A DNA stretch of 45,202 nt from contig CAZRZU010000003.1 of assembly GCA_964604615.1 (NCBI GenBank), positions 1-45,202 on the forward strand, given 5' to 3'. The position numbers were made by a program, and so were the translations under genes. Origin of the DNA: an uncultured Oscillospiraceae bacterium. GTDB taxonomy: Bacteria; Bacillota; Clostridia; UMGS1883. Below the pieces are notes generated by a model, which was given only the letters and a program-made list of their open reading frames with translations, did no database searches and was not told where the DNA came from. Shown here in pieces: positions 25,044-33,804 of this stretch (positions are counted from its first letter, which is position 1; each line of letters begins with the position of its first letter).

Positions 25044-25745
25044 TTATTCGGGCGATAAATTTTCGTTCCAGTAAAACAGCTTTACTGTTTTTGTATCGCC
25101 GATTTTTAAGGAAATATGATTTCCGTATGACAAAAGCTCACCTTCATAGGTTCGGGTTTTTGTCAAATATCCGTCGTTGTAGAATGCTATATAAATACGG
25201 CTTTTACCATTATCAGTGGGTGCAAAGTTATCCCAAGAAAAAATTTTAACAACTGTGCCGTCTTCCAATGCAAAGGACAAAACGTTGTTTTTAAACTGTA
25301 CACCTCTGGTGAAATATGATGTAAGTGACGTTAAGGTGGAATCTTCGTATTCTGCAACCTTTAAAATTTGGTTGTATTGCGCAGTTTCGCTCATGGTAAT
25401 GTAAATTTCGTCGTAAACATCTCCGGATTGTACTTTTACTCTCCATTTTCCCTCGGGCCACAGACGGGATTTTACATCTGTTTTTATAACATGCCCGGCT
25501 CTGAACTCTTCTGCCGATAAAGTTATAATGTATTTGCTCATTCCGTTATATCCGTTTTCATAGGGGTAAAATAAACCAAGGGTTACGTTTCCAAAGTCAG
25601 TATCTCCGTATATAACCAAATCTTCCCCCAGAACATGGGTGGAATAGGGATATGGGTCAAGTTTTATGTAGGAATTGGCTGCTCCGGTGGGCACAGCCAA
25701 AGCTATTATTGAAATTATAATAATAAACGAGATAAGTTTTTTCAT
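25044..25745 (-). CDS. Secreted hypothetical protein carrying two copies of the W-[DN]-x-N terminal motif
   Basis: 233 aa with signal peptide (MKKLISFIIIISIIALAVPTGAA). It starts 8 nt after the mgtE stop on the same strand. Contains VKIFSWDNFAPT and ends KLFYWNENLSPE. Confidence 0.65.
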   Translation of the reverse strand: MKKLISFIIIISIIALAVPTGAANSYIKLDPYPYSTHVLGEDLVIYGDTDFGNVTLGLFYPYENGYNGMSKYIITLSAEEFRAGHVIKTDVKSRLWPEGKWRVKVQSGDVYDEIYITMSETAQYNQILKVAEYEDSTLTSLTSYFTRGVQFKNNVLSFALEDGTVVKIFSWDNFAPTDNGKSRIYIAFYNDGYLTKTRTYEGELLSYGNHISLKIGDTKTVKLFYWNENLSPE

Positions 25746-25753
25746 AACGACAC

Positions 25754-27142
25754 CTATAAGCCTAATACCGATGTAGCGACACGGAAATATACAATAAGTG
25801 AAAGCACATCCACAATAGATGTAATAAACGGACTTGCCATAACAGCAGGGTCAAGCTTTATTGCCTGAGCAATCATGGGAAGAGCAGCACCTACAATCTT
25901 TGCTGCCAAAACCGTTATTAAAAGAGAAATGCATATAACCGCATCAACCATAAGGGTGATGTCATAATTGCCCAGAAGCATTCTGTCCACAAGCCATATT
26001 TTTACAAAGCAAGCCAGTGACAAAGCCACACCGCACATAACTGCCGTACATATTTCTTTCCATATAACACGGAAAATGTCTGTGATTTTCAATTCATCCA
26101 AGCTTAAAGCACGGATAATAGTAACCGAGGACTGACTTCCCGAGTTACCGCCTGTACCCATGAGCATGGGAATGTAAGCAATCAGGACAGCTTGTGCCGC
26201 CAATGATTCTTCAAAGCTTGTAATAATCATGCCTGTAAAGGTGGCAGAAATCATGAGGAGTAACAGCCACGGTATACGTGAAAGGAAAAGCCCCCAGGGA
26301 CTCATTTTAAGATAGGGCTTTTCCGTAGGTGTAATAGCCGCCATCTTTTCAATATCTTCTGTGGTTTCTTCCTGCAAAACGTCAATAGCGTCGTCGATTG
26401 TGACAATGCCCACAAGACGGTTTTCTTCGTCAACAACAGGAAGCGCAACAAAGTCATACTTCTGGAGAGCTGTAACAACACTTTCACGGTCATCGGTGGT
26501 TTTTGCAACGATAACGTTTGTTTCCATTATATCTTCTATGATTTTATCGGGCGAAGATGTAAGGAGCATTCGCGCAGTTACAATGCCTATTACAACACGG
26601 TTGTTGTCTGTAACGTAGCAGGTGTAAATAGTTTCCTTTTCAACACCACTGCGGCGTATAACCGCCAATGCGTCGGCAACAGTCAAGGCAGAGTTAAGGC
26701 GCACATATTCTGTTGTCATAATACTGCCGGCAGAATCCTCAGGGTATTGCAGAAGCTCGTTTATTATGTGCCTTGTTTCGTGGTCCGTGTTGCGGAGTAT
26801 TCTCTTTACAATACTGGCAGGAAGCTCTTCTAAAATGTCAACAGTATCGTCCACATAAAGCTCTTCAAAGACTTCTCTAAGCTCAACATCCGAGAAGGTA
26901 TGAATCAAATCCTCCTGCATGTCAGGGTCAATTTCAACAAAGGTTTCAGCGGCTAAATCCTTAGGGAGCAAACGAAAGAAAATAGCTACTTTCTTTTCGG
27001 GCAGCTCCGACATAATTATAGCCAGATCGGCAGGATTCATTTCAGAGATGATGCTTTTTAATTCAGAAAAACTTCGTTCTTTTAACAGCCTTGTAATGTT
27101 TTCTGTTAACTCTGTATCCATAATATCTGTTTCGATATGCAT
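25754..27142 (-). CDS. mgtE: Magnesium transporter MgtE
   Basis: MgtE N-domain, tandem CBS pair, and a C-terminal 5-TM domain with PMLMGTGGNSGSQS and PFITSIVDV blocks. Confidence 0.92.
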   Translation of the reverse strand: MHIETDIMDTELTENITRLLKERSFSELKSIISEMNPADLAIIMSELPEKKVAIFFRLLPKDLAAETFVEIDPDMQEDLIHTFSDVELREVFEELYVDDTVDILEELPASIVKRILRNTDHETRHIINELLQYPEDSAGSIMTTEYVRLNSALTVADALAVIRRSGVEKETIYTCYVTDNNRVVIGIVTARMLLTSSPDKIIEDIMETNVIVAKTTDDRESVVTALQKYDFVALPVVDEENRLVGIVTIDDAIDVLQEETTEDIEKMAAITPTEKPYLKMSPWGLFLSRIPWLLLLMISATFTGMIITSFEESLAAQAVLIAYIPMLMGTGGNSGSQSSVTIIRALSLDELKITDIFRVIWKEICTAVMCGVALSLACFVKIWLVDRMLLGNYDITLMVDAVICISLLITVLAAKIVGAALPMIAQAIKLDPAVMASPFITSIVDVLSLIVYFRVATSVLGL

Positions 27143-27277
27143 ACAATCCCGCCTTTCTTTGTTATTTGCATATTATTGTACCATATTTACGGATTATTGT
27201 CAAAAGAAATAATTTAGTTGAAAAACGGTATATTTAGTGGTAAAATAAATTAGATACATATGCAAAGGAGTATTAAA

Positions 27278-27565
27278 ATGAACGGAAAAATGAAAAAATT
27301 TATAATAGGTGAAATTATAGTCCTGGCCATTGTTCTCTTGCTGTGTGCAGGGTGGATTTTCCCCGCAATTGCGGGGCCGGGAATGCTGCACGTTGCAATT
27401 TCCGTACATACGTTTATGATTGGGCTTACAGCCACAATTTTTTCTTTGATTGCAGTATTTTTAAGAAAAAAGTGGAAGACACATAAAATATATGTGCTTA
27501 TACCTGTTATTTTTACCGTGTTTGGATATGTAATGCAGATTATTGCAAATAATACTAATCTTTAA
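27278..27565 (+). CDS. Small integral membrane protein (3 predicted TM helices)
   Basis: AAGGAG lies 7 nt upstream of ATG 27278. The sequence is hydrophobic. The gene ends 12 nt before the cysteine desulfurase gene. Confidence 0.5.
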   Translation: MNGKMKKFIIGEIIVLAIVLLLCAGWIFPAIAGPGMLHVAISVHTFMIGLTATIFSLIAVFLRKKWKTHKIYVLIPVIFTVFGYVMQIIANNTNL

Positions 27566-27577
27566 GAGGAAGCTGAC

Positions 27578-28690
27578 ATGATATATTTAGATAACAGTGC
27601 AACAACCCCAGTTGCCGCAGAGGCTATTGAGGCAATGAAAGAGTGCATGGAAAACAGCTGGGGCAATCCTTCCAGCACCCATGCTTCGGGAAGAGCAGCA
27701 GGCAAGATGCTTTCTGAGGCACGCAAAAAGGTTGCGGCATACTTGGGCGTAAATGAGAGTGAAGTGTATTTTACCTCAGGTGGCACCGAAAGCGACAACA
27801 TTGCCATCTTAGGCAGTGCCAACATAAAAAAAGGCAATAGGATTGTTACAACAATGATTGAGCATCCGGCAGTTTTAAAAACAATGGAGCATCTTGAATC
27901 AATGGGGTTTGATGTTGTAAAAATTAAGCCCGAAGCTGACGGAAGCATTGACCCCCACAAGGTTATTGCCGCAGTTGATGAAAAAACTTGTCTTGTAAGT
28001 GTGATGCACGTAAACAACGAAACAGGGGCAATTATTGACATAGGTAAAATTGCAAAAGGTGCAAAGGCTAAAAATCCCCGTGCTATGGTGCATACAGATG
28101 CTGTTCAGTCTTTCGGTCATATTGATACAAAGCCTTACGATATGTGTGTGGATTTGATGAGTGTAAGCAGCCATAAAATCCACGGTCCCAAGGGTGTTGG
28201 TGTGTTGTTTATAAAAAAAGGCATAAACGATTTGAAAAAAAGTGTTTTTGGCGGAGGCCAGGAAAAGGATGTTCGCTCCGGAACTGAAAACACCTATGCA
28301 ATAGCAGGCTTTGCAAAGGCAGTGGAGCTTGTTGACCTTAAAGACGGCGAAAGGATTGGTTTGCTTCGCGAAAAAATGAAAAACCAAATCCTTGAAATGG
28401 GCAGAACACATTACAACGGTTGTGAAAAAGCATCTCCTTATATACTCAATATGTCTTTTGAAGGAGTAAGGAGCGAGGTTATGCTTAATGCTCTGGACTC
28501 TAAGGGGATTTGTGTATCAAGTGCTTCTGCATGTGCAGGCGGAAAGCACAAGAGCCATGTGTTGGAGGCTATGGGAATAAAATTTGCGGACAACGCAATC
28601 CGTTTCAGCTTTTCAAGGTATACAACAGAAGAAGATATAACGGAGACAATAAAAGCGGTTAAAGAAGTAGTTAAATTATTCAGAAGGTGA
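27578..28690 (+). CDS. Cysteine desulfurase (NifS/NifZ/IscS type, class V aminotransferase)
   Basis: SSHKIHGPKGVG PLP-lysine motif and the active-site Cys loop SSASACAGG. It lies directly upstream of thiI, as in the Bacillus nifZ-thiI pair. Confidence 0.9.
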   Translation: MIYLDNSATTPVAAEAIEAMKECMENSWGNPSSTHASGRAAGKMLSEARKKVAAYLGVNESEVYFTSGGTESDNIAILGSANIKKGNRIVTTMIEHPAVLKTMEHLESMGFDVVKIKPEADGSIDPHKVIAAVDEKTCLVSVMHVNNETGAIIDIGKIAKGAKAKNPRAMVHTDAVQSFGHIDTKPYDMCVDLMSVSSHKIHGPKGVGVLFIKKGINDLKKSVFGGGQEKDVRSGTENTYAIAGFAKAVELVDLKDGERIGLLREKMKNQILEMGRTHYNGCEKASPYILNMSFEGVRSEVMLNALDSKGICVSSASACAGGKHKSHVLEAMGIKFADNAIRFSFSRYTTEEDITETIKAVKEVVKLFRR

Positions 28691-28695
28691 AATAT

Positions 28696-29874
28696 ATGAA
28701 AGAAATATTGCTCATTAAATACGGTGAAATTATTCTTAAGGGATTAAACCGTAATAAATTTGAGGACATGTTAATTGGTAACATTCGCCGTGCAGTGGGC
28801 GACGGATGGATGGCAAGCATCAAAAAGAGCCAGGCCATTATTTACATTACCCCCGAAGAGGGTAAGGATATTAATGTTTTAGCTGAGAAAATTTCGAAGG
28901 TGTTCGGCATTGTGTCAATAACACGTGCAGGTGTTTTTGAAAAGGATATGGACGCAATACTTGAAAAGGGCAGCGAGTACCTTGTACCTTTTATGGAAAA
29001 CGTTAAAACATTTAAGGTTGAAGCCAAAAGAAGCGACAAAAAGTTTCCATATAATTCGCCTGAAATCTCCCGTCTTATGGGCGGTGCAATTCTTTCAAAG
29101 CTTCACCGCTTAAAGGTTAACGTAAAAGAACCCGATGCAATTATCCGTGTGGAAATCCGTGACAGTGAAGCTTACGTATTTTCTGACAGCTCGGTTATAA
29201 AAGGACAGGGCGGTATGCCTGTGAGAAGTAACGGCAGAGCAACACTTTTAATATCAGGGGGTATTGACTCTCCTGTTGCAGGCTACATGATGGCAAAGAG
29301 AGGCTTGGAGCTTGAAGCGGTGCACTTTACGTCTCCGCCTTACACAAGCGAGCTTGCAAAGGAAAAGGTTGTTAACTTAGCTAAAATCATTGCAGGCTAT
29401 ACAGGCGGATTTACAATGTATGTAGTACCCTTTACCGAACAGCAGCTTGCAATACGTGACAACTGCCCCGAGGAGCATCTGACACTTATTTTAAGACGTA
29501 TGATGATGCGTGTAACTGAAAGAATTGCAAAGAAAAATAAATCCATGGCAATTGTAACAGGCGAGAGCCTCGGTCAGGTGGCAAGTCAGACTATCGAAGC
29601 TTTGGCTTGTACAAATCAGTCTACCGATATGAACATTCTTCGTCCGCTTGTAGGCATGGACAAGGAAGAAATTATTACTATTGCGCGCCGTATAGGTACT
29701 TTTGAAACATCAATCCTTCCTTATGAGGATTGCTGCACTGTTTTTGTACCTAAGCACCCCACAACAAGACCGAAAATAGAAAACATTTTAAAGAGTGAAA
29801 GTAAGCTTGATATGGACTATTGGGTAGAAAAAGCACTTAATGACATGGAATGGATAAGAATTGAGGCGGAATAA
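28696..29874 (+). CDS. thiI: tRNA 4-thiouridine(8) synthase ThiI
   Basis: THUMP domain and PP-loop SGGIDSPVA. ATG 28696 has AAGGTG 7 nt upstream. Confidence 0.92.
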   Translation: MKEILLIKYGEIILKGLNRNKFEDMLIGNIRRAVGDGWMASIKKSQAIIYITPEEGKDINVLAEKISKVFGIVSITRAGVFEKDMDAILEKGSEYLVPFMENVKTFKVEAKRSDKKFPYNSPEISRLMGGAILSKLHRLKVNVKEPDAIIRVEIRDSEAYVFSDSSVIKGQGGMPVRSNGRATLLISGGIDSPVAGYMMAKRGLELEAVHFTSPPYTSELAKEKVVNLAKIIAGYTGGFTMYVVPFTEQQLAIRDNCPEEHLTLILRRMMMRVTERIAKKNKSMAIVTGESLGQVASQTIEALACTNQSTDMNILRPLVGMDKEEIITIARRIGTFETSILPYEDCCTVFVPKHPTTRPKIENILKSESKLDMDYWVEKALNDMEWIRIEAE

Positions 29875-29908
29875 AGGTTTTAATTGAGCGAGTGCCTTAT
29901 TGCAATAC

Positions 29909-29954
29909 TCCCTCACTCAAACCTTTGGTTTGACCGCTCCCTCGAGGAGGGAGC
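29909..29954 (+). repeat. CTCCCTC / CTCCCTC / GAGGGAG triple-repeat intergenic element, copy B
   Basis: CTCCCTC (29909-29915), small hairpin CAAAC/GTTTG (29919-29932), then GCTCCCTC (29936-29943)-gag-GAGGGAGC (29947-29954). It ends 18 nt before the cinA ATG. Confidence 0.65.
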
Positions 29955-29972
29955 CAATAAGGAGTTGGTTTT

Positions 29973-31196
29973 ATGTTAACTGCTGAAATAATTTGCGTGG
30001 GAACAGAGCTTTTGATGGGGCAGGTTGTAAACACAAATGCGGCATACATTTCCCAAGGGGTATCAGAATGCGGCATAGCGGTAAATTATTCCTCCGTTGT
30101 GGGGGATAACCCTCAAAGGCTTGCCGATGCTGTTCGTGTAGCCCTTGACCGCTGTGATATTTTAATTACAACAGGAGGCTTAGGGCCTACCGATGACGAT
30201 TTAACCAAGGAAATTGTATCTGAAGTTATGGGTAAGGAATTGGTTTTTCATAAGCCCAGTATGGATAAAATGCTTGCGTACCTTAAGGAAGCAGGCAAAA
30301 ACATGAGCAGTAACAATGAAAAGCAGGCTTATCTGCCAAAAGATTGTATTGTGCTTGAAAATGAAAATGGGACCGCCCCGGGATGTATTATCGAAAAAAA
30401 CGGCAAATATGCCGTGCTTTTACCAGGTCCGCCCAAAGAAATGAAGCCCATGTTTGAAAAAGCGGCAGTACACCTGAGAAAGTTTTCAGGTGTTATCATG
30501 AAGTCAAGGGTGCTTCGTGTTTTCGGCATAGGAGAAAGCAGAGCCGCAATGCTTCTGGACGATTTAATAAAAGGACAGACGAATCCCACAATAGCACCTT
30601 ATGCAAAGGAAGGCGAGGTCACTTTTCGTGTAACAGCCTCGGGAGAGGATGAAGCAGAGGTTGACGCAATGCTTAACGATATGACAAGCAAGGCATATGA
30701 CAGGATAGGAGACTATATCTACGGTGAAGGGGAATCCAACACCATGGCAAAGGTTGTTATTGAGGCATTGAAGGCAAAGAAAATGACTGTTGCTACCTGC
30801 GAAAGCTGCACGGGCGGACTTATAGGTCAGATGTTAACCTGTGTTTCGGGGGCAAGTCAGGTTTATAGGTTCGGGTTTATTAGTTATTCCAACGAGGCAA
30901 AGGAAGCCCTCGTTGGTGTGAAAAGCGAAACTCTTGAAAAGTACACTGCTGTAAGTGAGAATACCGCCCGTGAAATGGCAGAGGGTGCAAGAGCAAAATC
31001 GGGAGCGGATATTGCTGTTTCTGTTACCGGCTATGCCGGTCCTACCGGGGAAAACGTGGGGCTTGTTTATGTGGGTGTAAGCGATAAAAACGGAACAGAA
31101 GCATATAGATTTATGCAGTCGGGCGACCGTGAAAGAATACGAAAAAAGAGTGCACTCTGTGCTCTTGACATAGTTAGGAGAAGAATATATGGATAA
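29973..31196 (+). CDS. cinA: Competence/damage-inducible protein CinA (MoCF-type domain + nicotinamide-nucleotide amidohydrolase PncC domain)
   Basis: N-terminus AEIICVGTELLMGQVVNTNAAYIS. C-terminal PncC block TCESCTGGLIGQ ... VSVTGYAGP. Confidence 0.9.
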   Translation: MLTAEIICVGTELLMGQVVNTNAAYISQGVSECGIAVNYSSVVGDNPQRLADAVRVALDRCDILITTGGLGPTDDDLTKEIVSEVMGKELVFHKPSMDKMLAYLKEAGKNMSSNNEKQAYLPKDCIVLENENGTAPGCIIEKNGKYAVLLPGPPKEMKPMFEKAAVHLRKFSGVIMKSRVLRVFGIGESRAAMLLDDLIKGQTNPTIAPYAKEGEVTFRVTASGEDEAEVDAMLNDMTSKAYDRIGDYIYGEGESNTMAKVVIEALKAKKMTVATCESCTGGLIGQMLTCVSGASQVYRFGFISYSNEAKEALVGVKSETLEKYTAVSENTAREMAEGARAKSGADIAVSVTGYAGPTGENVGLVYVGVSDKNGTEAYRFMQSGDRERIRKKSALCALDIVRRRIYG

Positions 31197-31656
31197 GATA
31201 GCATCATTTACGGTAGACCATGACTTGCTTGATGAGGGTATGTATATTTCCCGTGTTGACGGAGATATAACAACCTTTGACATGAGATGCCGAAAACCCA
31301 ATTGCGGCGATTATATGGACAATATTACAATGCATTCGGTTGAGCATATGTTTGCCACTTTGGTGAGAAATTCCGCCATTGGTGAAAATGTGATTTATTT
31401 TGGCCCTATGGGCTGCAGGACAGGGTTTTATCTTTTAACCCGAAATGTGGACAAAGACATTGTGTTTGAAGAAACAAAAAAGGTGCTTGGCGCCATCCTT
31501 AACGAAAATACCATGTACGGGCAGAGCCGAAAGGAATGCGGCAACTATCTTGAGCTTGATCTGGAAAAAGCAAAGGTTGAGTGTAAAAGATACCTTGCCC
31601 ATTTAGAGGCTAAAGGTAAAAAGAATGATTTCACATATAAAGGAGATAAAATATGA
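31189..31656 (+). CDS. luxS: S-ribosylhomocysteine lyase
   Basis: HSVEHMFAT metal-binding HxxEH motif and GPMGCRTGFY. Overlaps cinA by 8 nt. Confidence 0.93.
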   Translation: MDKIASFTVDHDLLDEGMYISRVDGDITTFDMRCRKPNCGDYMDNITMHSVEHMFATLVRNSAIGENVIYFGPMGCRTGFYLLTRNVDKDIVFEETKKVLGAILNENTMYGQSRKECGNYLELDLEKAKVECKRYLAHLEAKGKKNDFTYKGDKI

Positions 31657-32339
31657 TCGGCATTATTTGCGCTATGCAGATTGAGATTGATAAAATTAAC
31701 GAGGCTGTTGAAAACAAGTTTACGGAAGAGGTAAGCGGTGTGACCTTTACAAGAGGTACACTTTACGGCAAGGACGTTGTAACGGCTGTTTGCGGTGTGG
31801 GCAAGGTGTTTGCGGCAATCTGTGCCGAAGCTATGATTATAAAATATAATCCGGAAATTATTATTAATACAGGTGTTGCAGGTACACTCACAAACAAGCT
31901 GGGAATAGGAGATGTTGCGGTGTCTTCGGCAGTTGTACAGCACGACATGGACACATCCCCATTGGGAGATCCCGTGGGGCTTTTAAGCGGTATTAATATT
32001 GTTGAAATCCCTGCCGACAAAGCTGTAAGCGACCTTATTGCCGCATGTGTTGAAAAAATGGGTGTAAAGAGTCTCAAAGGTGTGATAGCATCAGGCGACC
32101 AGTTTATAAACAGTGCTGATAAGAAAGATTACATATCAAAAACTTTTGGTGCCGTTGCATGCGAAATGGAAGGCGGCAGCATAGGTCATGTGTGTTACGT
32201 TAATAATGTGAAATTTGCGATTATACGTGCCATAAGCGACGGTGCGGGGGATGACAGCCACATGGATTACCCCACTTTTGCAAAGAAAGCGGCTGAGGTA
32301 AGTGCTGAGGCTGTGAAACATTTTGTTGAAATTGTATAA
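31653..32339 (+). CDS. mtnN: 5'-methylthioadenosine / S-adenosylhomocysteine nucleosidase
   Basis: IGIICAMQIE N-terminus, and CEMEG and RAISD motifs. ATGA overlap with luxS. Confidence 0.92.
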   Translation: MIGIICAMQIEIDKINEAVENKFTEEVSGVTFTRGTLYGKDVVTAVCGVGKVFAAICAEAMIIKYNPEIIINTGVAGTLTNKLGIGDVAVSSAVVQHDMDTSPLGDPVGLLSGINIVEIPADKAVSDLIAACVEKMGVKSLKGVIASGDQFINSADKKDYISKTFGAVACEMEGGSIGHVCYVNNVKFAIIRAISDGAGDDSHMDYPTFAKKAAEVSAEAVKHFVEIV

Positions 32340-32393
32340 AAAAAGCCTCTTTACACAATTGTAATTTAGTTTTAATCAAATTGTAACTTTATA

Positions 32394-32422
32394 TTGATTT
32401 TTAGATAATTGTTTGGTAAAAT
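32394..32422 (+). promoter_or_regulatory. Sigma-A promoter of the nucleoside-type ABC importer operon
   Basis: TTGATT (32394-32399), 17-nt spacer, TGgTAAAAT (32414-32422). Confidence 0.5.
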
Positions 32423-32485
32423 GGGTTGGTAATAATGAGAGATACTCTCAGAATTTAATATTTTATTTTTAGGAGGAATTTTCCC

Positions 32486-33727
32486 ATGAAGAAGTTACTC
32501 GCACTTATCCTTTCATTGGCAATGGTTTTCTCTTTCGCAGCTTGCGGCGGCGAAACAGTTGTTGATGAACCCGCAACAGGTGACGTTGCAAACACAGATA
32601 ACTTTAAAATTGGTGTAATCCTTATCGGTGACGAAAACGAAGGTTACACATATGCTCACATTGCAGGCATTCAGGAAGCAACAGCTTCTCTCGGTCTTGC
32701 TGCTGACCAGATTATCTGGAAGTACTCTATTCCCGAAGATGAATCCTGTGCAGATGCTGCATACGAACTCATTGATGAAGGCTGTCAGCTTGTTATTTCC
32801 AACAGCTACGGTCACCAGTCCTACATGGAAAATGTAGCAAGAGAAGTGTCTGATGTACAGTTCATTTCTATGACAGGTGATACAGCTATGACAAGCGGTC
32901 TTGAAAACTTCTCCAACGCATTCACAAGCGTATACGAATCCAGATACGTTTCCGGTGTTGTTGCAGGTATGAAGATTGCTGAATTGGTAGCTTCCAATGC
33001 TCTTTCCGATGCTAACTACGATGAAAACGGTAACGTTAAAATCGGTTATGTTGGTGCATATCCTTATGCAGAAGTTGTATCCGGTTATACAGCATTCTAC
33101 CTTGGTGTTAAGAGCATAGTTCCCAACGTTGCAATGAGTGTTCAGTACACAAACAGCTGGTTTGACCTTATCGGCGAAAAGGAAGCAGCTAAGGCTCTTG
33201 TAGCTTCCGGTTGCGTAATTATCGGTCAGCATGCTGACTCCACAGGCGCTCCCACAGCAGTTCAGGAAGCAAGCGACAACGGTACAGTATGCTTCAGTGT
33301 TGGTTACAACATTGACATGCTTTCCGTAGCTCCCACAGCTGCACTTACATCCGCTACAAACAACTGGGCTGTATACTATACATATGCTATCGGTGCTGCA
33401 ATGAACGGCGAAAAGATTAACGAATGGTCCGAAGGCTACGAGACAGGTGCTGTTGCTATTACAGACCTGGGTGTTGCATGTGCAGAAGGCACAGCTGAAA
33501 AGGTAGCAGAGGTTGAAGCGGCACTTAAGAACGGTGGACTTCATGTATTCGATACAACTACATTCACAGTAGGCGGCGAAGAAGTTACAACATGCTCTAT
33601 CACAAGCTTTGCAACAGGCGAAGTTGTATTTGACGAAGTTGTATTTGACGGATATTTCCATGAATCTGAATTCCGTTCCGCTCCTTATTTTGAATTGAGA
33701 ATCGACGGTATCACAGAACTCAACTAA
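32486..33727 (+). CDS. BMP-family (PnrA/Med-like) ABC substrate-binding lipoprotein, probably nucleoside-binding
   Basis: Lipobox SFAAC-GG. The periplasmic-binding fold pattern resembles BmpA/PnrA. It is followed by a two-NBD ATPase and two permeases, the canonical nucleoside ABC layout. Confidence 0.85.
   Translation: MKKLLALILSLAMVFSFAACGGETVVDEPATGDVANTDNFKIGVILIGDENEGYTYAHIAGIQEATASLGLAADQIIWKYSIPEDESCADAAYELIDEGCQLVISNSYGHQSYMENVAREVSDVQFISMTGDTAMTSGLENFSNAFTSVYESRYVSGVVAGMKIAELVASNALSDANYDENGNVKIGYVGAYPYAEVVSGYTAFYLGVKSIVPNVAMSVQYTNSWFDLIGEKEAAKALVASGCVIIGQHADSTGAPTAVQEASDNGTVCFSVGYNIDMLSVAPTAALTSATNNWAVYYTYAIGAAMNGEKINEWSEGYETGAVAITDLGVACAEGTAEKVAEVEAALKNGGLHVFDTTTFTVGGEEVTTCSITSFATGEVVFDEVVFDGYFHESEFRSAPYFELRIDGITELN
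33620..33649 (+). repeat. Perfect in-frame 15-bp tandem duplication inside the lipoprotein gene
   Basis: GAAGTTGTATTTGAC occurs twice back to back (33620-33634 and 33635-33649), encoding EVVFD-EVVFD. Confidence 0.95.
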
Positions 33728-33750
33728 TTATCTGAACAAGCATTAAATAA

Positions 33751-33782
33751 AAAGTCAGGGGTAACCTATCCCTGGCTTTTTA
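33751..33782 (+). terminator. Intra-operon hairpin / partial terminator after the binding-protein gene
   Basis: AGTCAGGG (33753-33760) / CCCTGGCT (33770-33777) with one G-T wobble, followed by TTTTT. Confidence 0.55.
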
Positions 33783-33804
33783 ACCTTAATCAGGAGGAAA
33801 ACAC

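Noticed and set aside
27143-27259. M-box (Mg2+) riboswitch upstream of mgtE.
   Set aside because: Only about 117 nt separate mgtE from the divergent gene. That is too short for an M-box of about 160 nt plus a promoter, and I see no extended conserved helices in this AT-rich spacer.
32340-32485. Purine or other riboswitch in the leader of the nucleoside ABC importer operon.
   Set aside because: After the predicted promoter only about 60 nt remain. They hold one 6-bp hairpin (TGAGAG-ata-CTCTCA) and no purine-riboswitch-like three-way junction. The direct repeat ATTGTAA (32358 and 32380) upstream of the -35 may be an operator, but the evidence is too thin to call.
32513-33661. 382-aa ORF on the minus strand covering almost the whole BMP lipoprotein gene.
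   Set aside because: Its composition is Cys/Asn/Val-rich with no recognisable motifs. It lies antisense to a gene with a lipobox, an RBS and operon context.
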